64,000 bases of DNA from Candidatus Dormiibacterota bacterium (GTDB taxonomy: Bacteria; Chloroflexota; Dormibacteria; Aeolococcales; Aeolococcaceae): assembly GCA_963709585.1 (NCBI GenBank), contig CAVPXI010000007.1, positions 550,024-614,023 on the forward strand, read 5' to 3'. Positions 1 to 10,129 of the stretch are shown here, piece by piece (the stretch's first letter is position 1; the number at the start of each line of letters is the position of its first letter). Below the pieces are notes generated by a model that was given only the letters and a program-made list of their open reading frames with translations, was not told where the DNA came from and did not search any database. Both the position numbers and the translations under genes were made by a program.

Positions 1-1
1 G

Positions 2-493
2 TACCCGACCGCGATTCCGGGTGTCAGCACCGTGAACTTCCTTCGCGCGGCGCTCCGAGCCCAGGGGAAGGAGATGCCCGCCCGCGAGTTCCTCAACCGG
101 CTCAGCACCGAGATGCAGGAGCTCAAGATCGACGAGAGCTTCCGCTCCCGTTACATCAACGACGGATTCTCGGGTGGCGAGAAGAAGCGCTCGGAGATCC
201 TGCAGCTGGCGATGCTGCGCCCCAAGCTCGCGATTCTGGATGAGACCAACTCCGGCCTCGACGTTGACGCGCTGCGCACGGTCGCCGACGGCGTGATGCG
301 CCTCTGCGGACCGGACATGGGTGTCCTGGTCATCACCCACTACCCGCGCATCCTCGAACACCTTCACCCGGATCGCGTGCACGTCCTCCATGACGGGCGC
401 GTGGTCACCTCCGGCGGGGCGGACCTGGCGCGACAGATCGAGCGCGAGGGCTACGAACCAATTCTCGGGACGGCCGCAGCCGCCACCGCGTAG
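2..493 (+). CDS. sufC: Fe-S cluster assembly ATPase SufC (5' end outside window)
   Basis: FSGGEKKR signature, LAILDET(N)SGLD Walker B/D-loop, ITHY; directly upstream of sufB. Confidence 0.95.
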   Translation, partial: YPTAIPGVSTVNFLRAALRAQGKEMPAREFLNRLSTEMQELKIDESFRSRYINDGFSGGEKKRSEILQLAMLRPKLAILDETNSGLDVDALRTVADGVMRLCGPDMGVLVITHYPRILEHLHPDRVHVLHDGRVVTSGGADLARQIEREGYEPILGTAAAATA

Positions 494-503
494 GAGATTC
501 GCG

Positions 504-1900
<1,397 letters not shown>

Positions 1901-1904
<4 letters not shown>

Positions 1905-3244
1905 CGACCCCGCTGGCCGATTCGCCCGCAGCGGCGCTCGGGCAAGAGGTCGCGGCGGCCCGGGCTGAGGCATCTCCGGCGTGGCTCGCGGCGCGCCGCC
2001 GGATCGCATGGGACGCCTATGAGGCGATCCCCATGCCCTCGTCGCAACGCGATGAGGACTGGCGGCGCACCGACATCTCGGCGTTGCATCCCGAGCGTTT
2101 CACACCGATCGAACATGTGGACCTGGCGGTTGTCAACGCGATGCGCGCGCAGCGCGACCGGGCGGCCCCCAAGGCGGCGTTCGTGGTCGACGCTCCGCTG
2201 CCGACCCCGAGCGAGGGTGCTGATCCGCTGCTCGCCCAGGGAATCATCATCACCACCCTCGAAGAAGCGGCGATGGTGCATCCGGAGCTCGTGCAGCGCG
2301 CGTTCTCGGCGGTTCGCGTCGACGAGTCGAAGTTCGCGGCACTCTGGAATGCGTTGTGGCGGGGCGGCGTCCTCGTGTACGTCCCCCGAGGCGTCGAGGC
2401 GCTGGTGCCGGTATGGATCGCCCATCCGGCGAGCGGCAGCGACGGCGCCACGTTCCCGTCCACGGTCGTTCTTCTCGACGAGGGCGCATCACTCACGGTC
2501 ATCGATGCGTATGCGTCGCCGTCGGGACCGGCGGCGCTCTTGAGCGACGCCATGGTGCTGCTCTCGGCGGGTCGCGACGCGCGACTCGACCACAACACGG
2601 TGCAGCAGTGGGGTGAGGGCGTCTGGCACGTCGCCGTGCAGCGGACGGTGCTCGACGCGAACGCGAAGCTCCGCTTCGCGGGTGTCACCCTCGGCGCCCG
2701 GCTCCAGAAGGTCTGGTGGGACGTGATGCTCGACGGTATCGGCAGCGAGGCCGACGTGCTCGGCATCTGCTTCGGTGACGGCACCCAGCATTTCGATCAC
2801 CAGTCGCTGCAGGCACATCGCGGCCCGGAGACGCGAAGCAACCTGCTCCTCAAGGTCGCCGTCCGCGACCACGCGCGCTCGGTGTATGGCGGCATGATCG
2901 ACGTCGCGCCGACAGCCGTGCACGCCGACGGCTACGTGGCCAACCGCAACCTCCTGCTCAGCCAGGGCGCCAAGGCCGACTCCATCCCGCGACTCGAGAT
3001 CCGCGCCAACGACGTGAAGTGCGGGCACGGCGCCACCGCCGGCCACATCGACTCCGACCAGCGCTTTTATCTCATGGCCCGCGGCGTGCCGCCCGACGAG
3101 GCGAGCTCGCTGATCGTGCGCGGCTTCATGGACGATGTCCTCGACCGCGTCCCCCACCGCGGGTTCGCGGAGCTCGCGGGAGCGCTGCTCGACGCGGAGA
3201 TCGCCGGCGGGTCGGTGGCCGGGGTCGCGGCGGAGGTCCGATGA
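1901..3244 (+). CDS. sufD: Fe-S cluster assembly protein SufD
   Basis: EDWRRTD N-terminus, [24 protein letters not shown]; GTGA overlap with sufB. Confidence 0.95.
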
Positions 3245-3582
3245 GCGACGGCTGGGTCGACGTGGCCCGAACCAGTGACATCCCACCGGGATGCGCCGCA
3301 CGCGTCGAGATCGACGAGACCCCGGTGGCGATCTTCAACGTCGCCGGGACGTTCTACGCCCTGGATGACACCTGCAGCCATGCCGAGGCATCGCTCAGCG
3401 AGGGCGACCTCGACATCGACCGCTGTGTCATCGAGTGCCCGCTGCACGGTTCGAGCTTCGATCTCCGCACCGGAGATCCGCTGTCATTGCCCGCCGTCGA
3501 ACCGGTGCGCGTGCATCGCATCGAGACCACTGACGACGGCATGCTTCGAATAGCCCTCGCCGACGAGGTTGCCGCGCAGTGA
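3241..3582 (+). CDS. Rieske-type [2Fe-2S] ferredoxin
   Basis: CSH and CPLHGSSFD Rieske boxes; ATGA overlap with sufD. Confidence 0.92.
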   Translation: MSDGWVDVARTSDIPPGCAARVEIDETPVAIFNVAGTFYALDDTCSHAEASLSEGDLDIDRCVIECPLHGSSFDLRTGDPLSLPAVEPVRVHRIETTDDGMLRIALADEVAAQ

Positions 3583-4829
3583 GCGCACCCGTCGCCACCG
3601 ACCACGGCCTCGACGTCGCGCGCATCCGCGCCGACTTTCCGATTCTCGCGCGCGAGATCGGGACGCATCCTCTTGTCTACCTCGACTCGGCGGCGACAGC
3701 GCAGAAACCGCGAGTGGTGGTCGACACCATCGACGCGTACTACGCCACCAGCAACGCGAACGTGCATCGCGGAGTCCACACCCTCGGCAACGAGGCAACC
3801 GATGCCTTCGAACTGGCGCGAGTTCGGGTGGCCGCGTTTCTCGACGCGCCGGCCGAGGGGCTCGTCTTCGTTCGCAACACCACCGAGGCGATCAACCTGG
3901 TCGCGTCGTCGCACGCGACCCAGCTGCTCGAGCCGGGCGATCGCATCGTCGTCACCGTGATGGAGCATCACAGCAACCTCGTCCCGTGGCAGCTCGCCGC
4001 CGAGCGCCGGGGACTGCAGCTGGTCGCGATCGACGTCGACGCGGACGGCAGGCTCGACCTGAGCAACCTCGACGAGCTGCTGGCCGCGCCGACAAAGCTG
4101 GTCGCGATCGGACATCAGTCCAACGTGCTCGGCACCGTCAACGACATCCGCGCCATCACCGAGCGCGCGCATGCGGCGGGTGCGCTCGTGTGCGTCGACG
4201 CGGCGCAGTCGGTGCCGCACATGAGCGTGTCCGCTCGGGACCTCGACTGCGACTTCATCGCCTTCAGCGGACACAAGATGTGCGGACCCATGGGCATCGG
4301 CGTGCTCTGGGCTCGCCCCGAGCTGCTCGAGCGCATGCCGCCGTTCCTCGGGGGCGGGAGCATGATCAGCAGGGTCACCCTCGAGCGCAGCACCTGGAAC
4401 ACGGTGCCCCACAAGTTCGAGGCGGGCACACCCGACGTCGCCGGCGCAGTCGGCCTCGCCGCAGCCTGCGACTACATCGATGCCATCGGCCGCGATCGCA
4501 TCCACGCGCACGAGATGTCGTTGACCGGTCACATGCTTGACGTTCTGGACGAAGTTGGCGATATCATGATATTCGGTCCGCGGGATCTCGAGGCACGCGG
4601 GGGCGTGGTGAGCTTCAACCTTGCTGACGTGCATGCGCACGACGTGGGCACGATCCTCGACCGCCGCGGCATCGCGGTCCGCGCCGGACACCACTGCGCG
4701 CAGCCACTCATGGCCCGCTACGACGTGCCGTCCATGGCCCGGGCGTCGGTGTATCTCTACACCACGCACGAGGAGATCGACGCGCTCGGTGAGGGGCTGG
4801 GCGAGGTGCGCCGGGTCTTTCGCGTCTAG
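3579..4829 (+). CDS. sufS: Cysteine desulfurase SufS
   Basis: YLDSAATAQKP, FSGHKM (PLP lysine), RAGHHCA catalytic Cys. Confidence 0.96.
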   Translation: MSAPVATDHGLDVARIRADFPILAREIGTHPLVYLDSAATAQKPRVVVDTIDAYYATSNANVHRGVHTLGNEATDAFELARVRVAAFLDAPAEGLVFVRNTTEAINLVASSHATQLLEPGDRIVVTVMEHHSNLVPWQLAAERRGLQLVAIDVDADGRLDLSNLDELLAAPTKLVAIGHQSNVLGTVNDIRAITERAHAAGALVCVDAAQSVPHMSVSARDLDCDFIAFSGHKMCGPMGIGVLWARPELLERMPPFLGGGSMISRVTLERSTWNTVPHKFEAGTPDVAGAVGLAAACDYIDAIGRDRIHAHEMSLTGHMLDVLDEVGDIMIFGPRDLEARGGVVSFNLADVHAHDVGTILDRRGIAVRAGHHCAQPLMARYDVPSMARASVYLYTTHEEIDALGEGLGEVRRVFRV

Positions 4830-5359
4830 GTTGCGCTGACCAGGAAGGCCGCGATGCGCGCGGCGGCGTCCGCGCGAGCCGCGAGCAATCCGTGGCCGAG
4901 GCCCGGGTAGATGACCAGCTCCGCGTTGCGCAGCGAGGTCACCTCGCGGCGCAGCAGGTCCACCTTCGCGAACGGGTCGCGGTCACCTGAGAGGAGGAGA
5001 ACCGGACAGCCGATGCGCGACCAGTGCGCGGTCCGCAGCTCGTCGAGATGCCCCGGTCGGTGCAACGGATAGCTCAGGAGGACAAGCGCGCTCACGGCTT
5101 GATCCGCGGCGAGCATGCTGGCCATGCGCCCGCCGTATGAGTGCCCGCCGATCGCCGCGCCCGGCCGTTGCTCGAGCGCCTTGCGGAACACGTCGACTGC
5201 CCGGTCACTGTTCGATTTGGGGAGATCGAGCGCCGTGGCCTCGACACCGTGGGCGGCCAGCTCGGTCACCCATGGGCGCATCGACGCCGCGGTGCCCGAT
5301 GCGCCGTGGCCGAGAAGCAGCCGCCGGCCTGCCGCGTCGGGTGGTTTACGCCTGCTCAC
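4826..5359 (-). CDS. Small alpha/beta hydrolase
   Basis: HGASG, GGHSYGGR nucleophile elbow, SYPLH, GDRDPF, GH; GTG start inferred. Confidence 0.85.
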   Translation of the reverse strand: MSRRKPPDAAGRRLLLGHGASGTAASMRPWVTELAAHGVEATALDLPKSNSDRAVDVFRKALEQRPGAAIGGHSYGGRMASMLAADQAVSALVLLSYPLHRPGHLDELRTAHWSRIGCPVLLLSGDRDPFAKVDLLRREVTSLRNAELVIYPGLGHGLLAARADAAARIAAFLVSAT

Positions 5360-6581
5360 GTTCGAGGATCTGGAACGGGGTCGGTTGCGGAGTGTGCGAT
5401 GACGTCGGCGGCCGTCCCGGGAGCCAGGCGGCGCATACAGCGGCGCCGCAGAGCAGGATGCCGCTGCCACACCAAAAAGGAAGGCCGGCGTTGACCCCGT
5501 ACAGCGAGCCGAGCACCGCGGCCCCGAAGGCCATGCCGCTGAACTGGTACAGGCCACCGATGCCCATCGCCCGTCCACGCACGGCCGCCGGGGTGCTGTC
5601 CCCGATAACCGCGAACAGGCTGGGCTCCAGGATCACGGTCGCGACCGCCTCGATGGCTCCGACGGTCAGGATCACCGCAAGCGGCTGAAGGAAGGGATAG
5701 GTCGCGGCGCAGGCGGCGACAACGACCAGCCCGGCGGTCACGAGCTTGCGCCGGTCGGCTCGGTCCGCCAGGCGGCCTCCCGCGCGAGCCAGAACCAGGA
5801 TCGGGAGCGCGAACAGGCTCACCGACAGCCCGATGATCAGCGGGCCGTAGCCACGCGCCGCTAGGTACTGCGGCCAGACCACGTCGTACATCGACCAGAT
5901 GGTGCCCGCCGCGAAGAGGGCGACGATCGGAACGAGGATGCCGCGGAGGCGCCACCAGCTGAATCGCTCCTTTCTAGCCGCTGCGGCAGCCGGCGCCGCC
6001 CTGGTTTCAGGGACACGAAGCAGCGACCCGAGCCCGATCAGCATGGACAGCCCGGTGATCCCGAACACAGCCGAATCGCGCCAGAGCGCCGCCGCACCAC
6101 CGATCAGCGGACCGATGAGGAGCCCGACCATCTCGTACGCCTGTAATTGCGAGAATCGTTGGGCTCGCTGATCCGGCGCGCTCAGATCGGTGAGCGCAGC
6201 GCGCAGCGCCGGCGCATACGCACCGGCGCAGGCTCCCGTGGCGATCCTGATTGCGGTGAGCACCGGGAGGGTGCCGATGTTCAAGAACAGGAACATCGAG
6301 AGCACCGCGTAGGCGAGTCGCGATCCGATCAGGAACGGCCTCCGGCCCCAGCGGTCTGACAGACGTCCGGCGGGGACCTGGACGAGCGTGGTGGCGACCA
6401 GTGGACCGGCGATGAAGATCGCCACCGCAACGGAATTGCCGCCGCGATGGGTGACGTACAGCGGCGCGATCGGGAAGACCGCGGCAACGCCGGTGAACAT
6501 GATCAACTGCCCGATCAGGAGCCAGAATACGGGGTCGGCTCTGCGTTTTCCCGTGCGCGCAAGGACGTCGGTGCGAGCCAT
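5346..6581 (-). CDS. MFS transporter
   Basis: GRLSDRWGRR motif A and about 12 hydrophobic segments. Confidence 0.9.
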   Translation of the reverse strand: MARTDVLARTGKRRADPVFWLLIGQLIMFTGVAAVFPIAPLYVTHRGGNSVAVAIFIAGPLVATTLVQVPAGRLSDRWGRRPFLIGSRLAYAVLSMFLFLNIGTLPVLTAIRIATGACAGAYAPALRAALTDLSAPDQRAQRFSQLQAYEMVGLLIGPLIGGAAALWRDSAVFGITGLSMLIGLGSLLRVPETRAAPAAAAARKERFSWWRLRGILVPIVALFAAGTIWSMYDVVWPQYLAARGYGPLIIGLSVSLFALPILVLARAGGRLADRADRRKLVTAGLVVVAACAATYPFLQPLAVILTVGAIEAVATVILEPSLFAVIGDSTPAAVRGRAMGIGGLYQFSGMAFGAAVLGSLYGVNAGLPFWCGSGILLCGAAVCAAWLPGRPPTSSHTPQPTPFQILEREQA

Positions 6582-6630
6582 GCCCCCATTTTCAGGTTTT
6601 GGCCTCGAACCGTTGGACTACGATGGTGCT

Positions 6631-7110
6631 ATGGCAGTCGGCTATACGCCCGTCGACGACGATCTCTATCGCGAGATCATCCTCGACCACTATCGGAACC
6701 CTCGCCACCATCAGACCGTCGACCCTGCGGACCGCGTCATCGAGGCCAACAACCCGCTGTGTGGCGACGAGATCGATCTTAGCTACAGGCTCGACAACGG
6801 GACGGTCGCCGCGATCGGCTTCACCGGGCGCGGTTGCTCGATCAGCCAGGCATCGGCGAGCATGTTGTGTGAGGCCGTGACCGGGATGAGCGCGGAGAGC
6901 GCCGCGCGGCTCGCCGAGCGCTTCCGGGCGATGTTGACCGGTGACGGCTCGCTGTCAGAGGATGACGACATCGGCGACCTCGAGGCGCTCCGCGGCGTGC
7001 GTGCTTACCCGGTCCGGGTCAAGTGCGCCACGCTCGTGTGGAACGCGCTCCTCGAGGGTCTTTCCGCAACCCCCGCGACGACGGCGTCAGCACTGAGGAG
7101 CGAGAAATGA
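6631..7110 (+). CDS. sufU: SufU/IscU-family Fe-S scaffold / sulfur transfer protein
   Basis: LYREIILDHY, NPLCGD, GCSISQASASM, RVKCA; TACGAT 6 nt before the ATG. Confidence 0.95.
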   Translation: MAVGYTPVDDDLYREIILDHYRNPRHHQTVDPADRVIEANNPLCGDEIDLSYRLDNGTVAAIGFTGRGCSISQASASMLCEAVTGMSAESAARLAERFRAMLTGDGSLSEDDDIGDLEALRGVRAYPVRVKCATLVWNALLEGLSATPATTASALRSEK

Positions 7111-7469
7111 GCACTACGGAACCCCTTCTTTCGCCGAGCGAACCGGCAGCACCGAAGGAGGCGAAGGCGTCGGACGAGCTGATCCGGGCCGCGCTCAGCG
7201 AGGTCTACGACCCCGAGATCGGCATCGACATCGTGTCGCTCGGCTTGATCTACGACACCAACATCGACGATGACGGGCTGCTCACCATCGACATGACGCT
7301 GACCACCCCGTACTGCCCGATGGGTCCGATCATCGAGACGCAGGCGCACGCGGTGTGCGCGCCCCTCCCCGGGGTACGCGACGTGCACATCAACCTTGTG
7401 TGGGCGCCTCCATGGGACCCGCGCACCATGGCTTCCGACGAGGCCCAGCTCGAGCTCGGCATCTACTGA
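7107..7469 (+). CDS. SufT/PaaD-like DUF59 metal-sulfur cluster assembly factor
   Basis: DPEIGIDIVSLGLIY, MTLTTPYCP, PPW. Confidence 0.92.
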   Translation: MSTTEPLLSPSEPAAPKEAKASDELIRAALSEVYDPEIGIDIVSLGLIYDTNIDDDGLLTIDMTLTTPYCPMGPIIETQAHAVCAPLPGVRDVHINLVWAPPWDPRTMASDEAQLELGIY

Positions 7470-7508
7470 TCTCGACGCCGGCGGGGCCGGTCTGGCATGG
7501 TTCGCTGC

Positions 7509-7877
7509 ATGGAGCGCGTCTTCACCCACGCAGAGGCCTCGGCGCTGCTGCCGCGGCTCACCGAGCTGCTCTCGGCGTTGCGCGACGCCCACCGCACGGC
7601 GCTGGACCAGGCGGCCGAGAGCGACCATCACCCGGTCTCATCGAACGGATCGGCGGCCGCGGCGATCAAGGCATCGGGCCCCTTCCACGAAGCCCAGCGC
7701 GTCAGCGCTGATATCGACCGGCTCGGCGTGATCCTGCGTGATCCCGACACCGGGCTCGTCGACTTCGCGTCAGCCCGGGAGGGAGAGCCGATCTACCTCT
7801 GCTGGCGTCTTGGGGAAGCGCGGATCGGCTACTGGCATCCGCGTGACACCGGGTTCATGGGCCGCCTGCCGCTCTGA
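7509..7877 (+). CDS. DUF2203-family protein
   Basis: FT..EA..LLP N-terminus, GLVDF, YLCWRLGE..I.YWH..DTGF.GR. Confidence 0.85.
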   Translation: MERVFTHAEASALLPRLTELLSALRDAHRTALDQAAESDHHPVSSNGSAAAAIKASGPFHEAQRVSADIDRLGVILRDPDTGLVDFASAREGEPIYLCWRLGEARIGYWHPRDTGFMGRLPL

Positions 7878-7886
7878 TCCCTGCGC

Positions 7887-8561
7887 TCACGGACGAGCGG
7901 GCGTCTCGGACAGCCGCCTGACGTCCTCCGGGGTCATGCGCAGGAACAGCGCGAGATCGTCGCTTCGGTCGAGAAAGCGCACCTGCACGACCACGTCGTG
8001 CGCGAAGAACCCGGTGGCGCGCACCACGATGCCCACCAGTTCGCCGTCGTCGAAGAGCACGTCCTCGACGGTCCCGAGCTTGTCGCCGCCGTGGCCGATC
8101 ATCACGTTCTCGCCGCGCCTGATCTCGATGTCACCGTCGGGCTTTTCGGCGCTCTCCTGCAGGCGGGGAACGATCGGACCGACGCCAAGTGAGCCGCCGG
8201 CGAGCGCTGCCGCGAAGCTCAAGCCGTCGCCTCGCTCGAGCGGCTTGTAGTGGTAGCTGAGATATGGGGGCAGGGCGCGCGTTGCTCGCTTGTCCAGCGT
8301 GAGCCGGATGCTCTCGGGCCCGACGTCGCCGACGGCGTTGAGCGGCACGATCACCTCGGTGATCATGAGCCCGGCCCCCGGGGCGAGGGTCCTCCCCGAG
8401 AACCAGTTCGTCTCTCTGACGATGAGGGCGTGCGGATCCCAACTGTCCGCGTCGACGACGATGCGTTGCAGGGTGCCGACGTGATGGCCGTCCGCGGTGT
8501 GCACCGAGGCGCCGAGGCGAAGGTCGAGGGGGCGGCTGGGCGGCTGGTCGGATTCGGTCAC
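7887..8561 (-). CDS. PRC-barrel domain protein (two PRC-like repeats)
   Basis: GASVHTADGHHVGTL and GENVMIGHGGDKLGTVEDV repeats. Confidence 0.75.
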   Translation of the reverse strand: MTESDQPPSRPLDLRLGASVHTADGHHVGTLQRIVVDADSWDPHALIVRETNWFSGRTLAPGAGLMITEVIVPLNAVGDVGPESIRLTLDKRATRALPPYLSYHYKPLERGDGLSFAAALAGGSLGVGPIVPRLQESAEKPDGDIEIRRGENVMIGHGGDKLGTVEDVLFDDGELVGIVVRATGFFAHDVVVQVRFLDRSDDLALFLRMTPEDVRRLSETPARP

Positions 8562-8593
8562 GCCGCGCGCCCGAACCGGGATACACTTTGGGA

Positions 8594-8801
8594 GCGTCTC
8601 TCGGCCCGGACCCGCCCCGCCTCAAAAACGACGCATGCGGACGCGGTGCCGTGGCACTCAGGCAAAAGGAGGAACCTAGCCCATGACAGATTCTTCGAGT
8701 ACCACCTCCTTCCCGACCAGCGCAGTGGTGGAGAGCTGACCGCAGGGAGCCAGGTCACCACTCGGAGAGAGGCGCAAACCGTTGCACCAGGCGGTCTCTC
8801 C
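8594..8801 (+). ncRNA. Candidate structured RNA (6S-like rod), with embedded 18-aa sORF at 8683-8739
   Basis: TACACT -10 at 8582-8587; GCGTCTCTC 8594-8602 pairs with GAGAGGCGC 8767-8775; nested stems; A-rich internal segment; no long + strand gene downstream. Confidence 0.4.
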
Positions 8802-8855
8802 ACGCATTTGCGCTAACCGCGGCCCAGCCGCGGCTCGAGCCAATCACCGGCTTCA

Positions 8856-9500
8856 TTAGGTGAAACGCGCCGTCTCGACCTGTGCCGCACGGGTGGAGAC
8901 GGCCGGCGATGGGACGATCTGGTCGCTCTCGACCCAGCCCTCATCGGCGCCGGCCACGCGTACCTTGACAAACTGCCCGCTGCGCTCCGGGAGCGCCTCG
9001 ACCTCGGTGGCGGTGAGGATCTCGCGGCCGCGAGGGGCGTCACGACGCGGCTCCGCGAAGAGTCGATAGGGCATGCCCGCCCACGATGCGACCAGCGTCA
9101 CCGGGCCCGGCGGGATGCGCCGGTCGCGGTAGACGGTTCGGGGATCCGAAGCACCGGCGGTGAGCAGCCGGATCACCTGGAGGGCTCGCGTCGTCGGACC
9201 CCTGTCTGCCTTGCCCATTGCTTTGGAGATGAGGCCGCCGCCAGAGCTGGCTTCCACCTCGACCCAGGTGCCCTCGGTGACCGCCACGGCGCGGCAGCGA
9301 ACCCAGCGAATGCGGATCCTGGGGCGACCCCAATTCCCGAAGAGACCGCGGCGGCGATGCTCGACGATCCGCGCCTCGCTCTCCCCGACGACCTCGTAAC
9401 GGTACGGGGTTGTCCCGATCATCTGCTCCACGACCGCGAAGACCTCACGAGGGGGGGCGGCCGACAGGAGGCGCCACGTCTGAGCGGAGGGTGCCAGCAT
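8856..9500 (-). CDS. Hypothetical protein with possible C-terminal SH3b-like domain
   Basis: C-terminal FVKVRVAGADEGWVESDQI; TACAAT just upstream of ATG 9500. Confidence 0.65.
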   Translation of the reverse strand: MLAPSAQTWRLLSAAPPREVFAVVEQMIGTTPYRYEVVGESEARIVEHRRRGLFGNWGRPRIRIRWVRCRAVAVTEGTWVEVEASSGGGLISKAMGKADRGPTTRALQVIRLLTAGASDPRTVYRDRRIPPGPVTLVASWAGMPYRLFAEPRRDAPRGREILTATEVEALPERSGQFVKVRVAGADEGWVESDQIVPSPAVSTRAAQVETARFT

Positions 9501-9906
9501 CGCCCCCGGATTGTAGAGGGCGCGCTCTGGCGTCCGGCGAAGCGCCGGCCGGCTCGCGGGCGATCGCATAGCGCTCGCACATGGTGTCGAAACGTGCGGC
9601 GGTGTAGGCGTCCAGCAGAGAGCGGTGGCGCTCCACCAGCGGAACGATGTACGCCCGGAGATACCTCCCGCGAGCGGACCACTGGTAGTAGGAACGGCCG
9701 CCGTGATGGTACGGGCCGTAGAGGGCGCTGCCGGGATACGTGCGGCGCAGCCACTCGAAGGTTTCCTCGTGCCTGACGTGCATACGCAGCGTCACCTGCG
9801 GCTGACGGCCGTCGCCGCCGAAATGGCCCTCGCCGACCAGGAGGCCGAGGAGGAATCCGACCGAGAGATCGTCGCCATCTTGGACGGCGGTCGTATCAGA
9901 GGCCAC
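9445..9906 (-). CDS. Stand-alone single-motif LAGLIDADG-fold protein
   Basis: FLLGLLVGEGHF helix followed by QVTLRM / FEWLRR / LYGPY / YYQWSARG pattern typical of the LAGLIDADG fold; GTG 7 nt after -10. Confidence 0.75.
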   Translation of the reverse strand: MASDTTAVQDGDDLSVGFLLGLLVGEGHFGGDGRQPQVTLRMHVRHEETFEWLRRTYPGSALYGPYHHGGRSYYQWSARGRYLRAYIVPLVERHRSLLDAYTAARFDTMCERYAIAREPAGASPDARARPLQSGGDAGTLRSDVAPPVGRPPS

Positions 9907-9913
9907 GATCGCA

Positions 9914-9943
9914 ACCATAGAGGCCACGCTGTTTCACCGTCAA
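9914..9943 (-). promoter_or_regulatory. Sigma70-type promoter of the LAGLIDADG-fold gene
   Basis: TTGACG-18 nt-TATGGT on the minus strand. Confidence 0.6.
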
Positions 9944-9990
9944 GTTGTGCGCTAAACACTCCCCTGCCGTCCCAGTTCGAGCCAGGGGAG

Positions 9991-9999
9991 TTTTCCACA
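9991..9999 (+). promoter_or_regulatory. DnaA box upstream of parA
   Basis: TTTTCCACA matches TTWTNCACA exactly. Confidence 0.5.
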
Positions 10000-10129
10000 G
10001 GATTGGGCGCCGGCATGGCATCTTCAACTCGCAGGGACCCGAGCAGCGGTCGCCCGGCCTGGGGAAACACGGGATAACTCGCTGTCCCGCTGACGGGCGC
10101 GGCCATCCGGCCATAATCAGCCGCTAACC

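Noticed and set aside
8655-8795. Glycine riboswitch (CTCAGGCAAAAGGA and GGAGAG words)
   Set aside because: The CCGAAG core is missing and no + strand gene lies downstream to regulate
8737-8858. Selenocysteine readthrough of the sORF TGA (a hairpin follows)
   Set aside because: The readthrough product has no redox motif or recognisable fold, and the hairpin includes the stop codon itself
9930-9945. parS site
   Set aside because: Only one half (TGTTTCAC) matches; I found no full 16-bp parS palindrome in the window by eye
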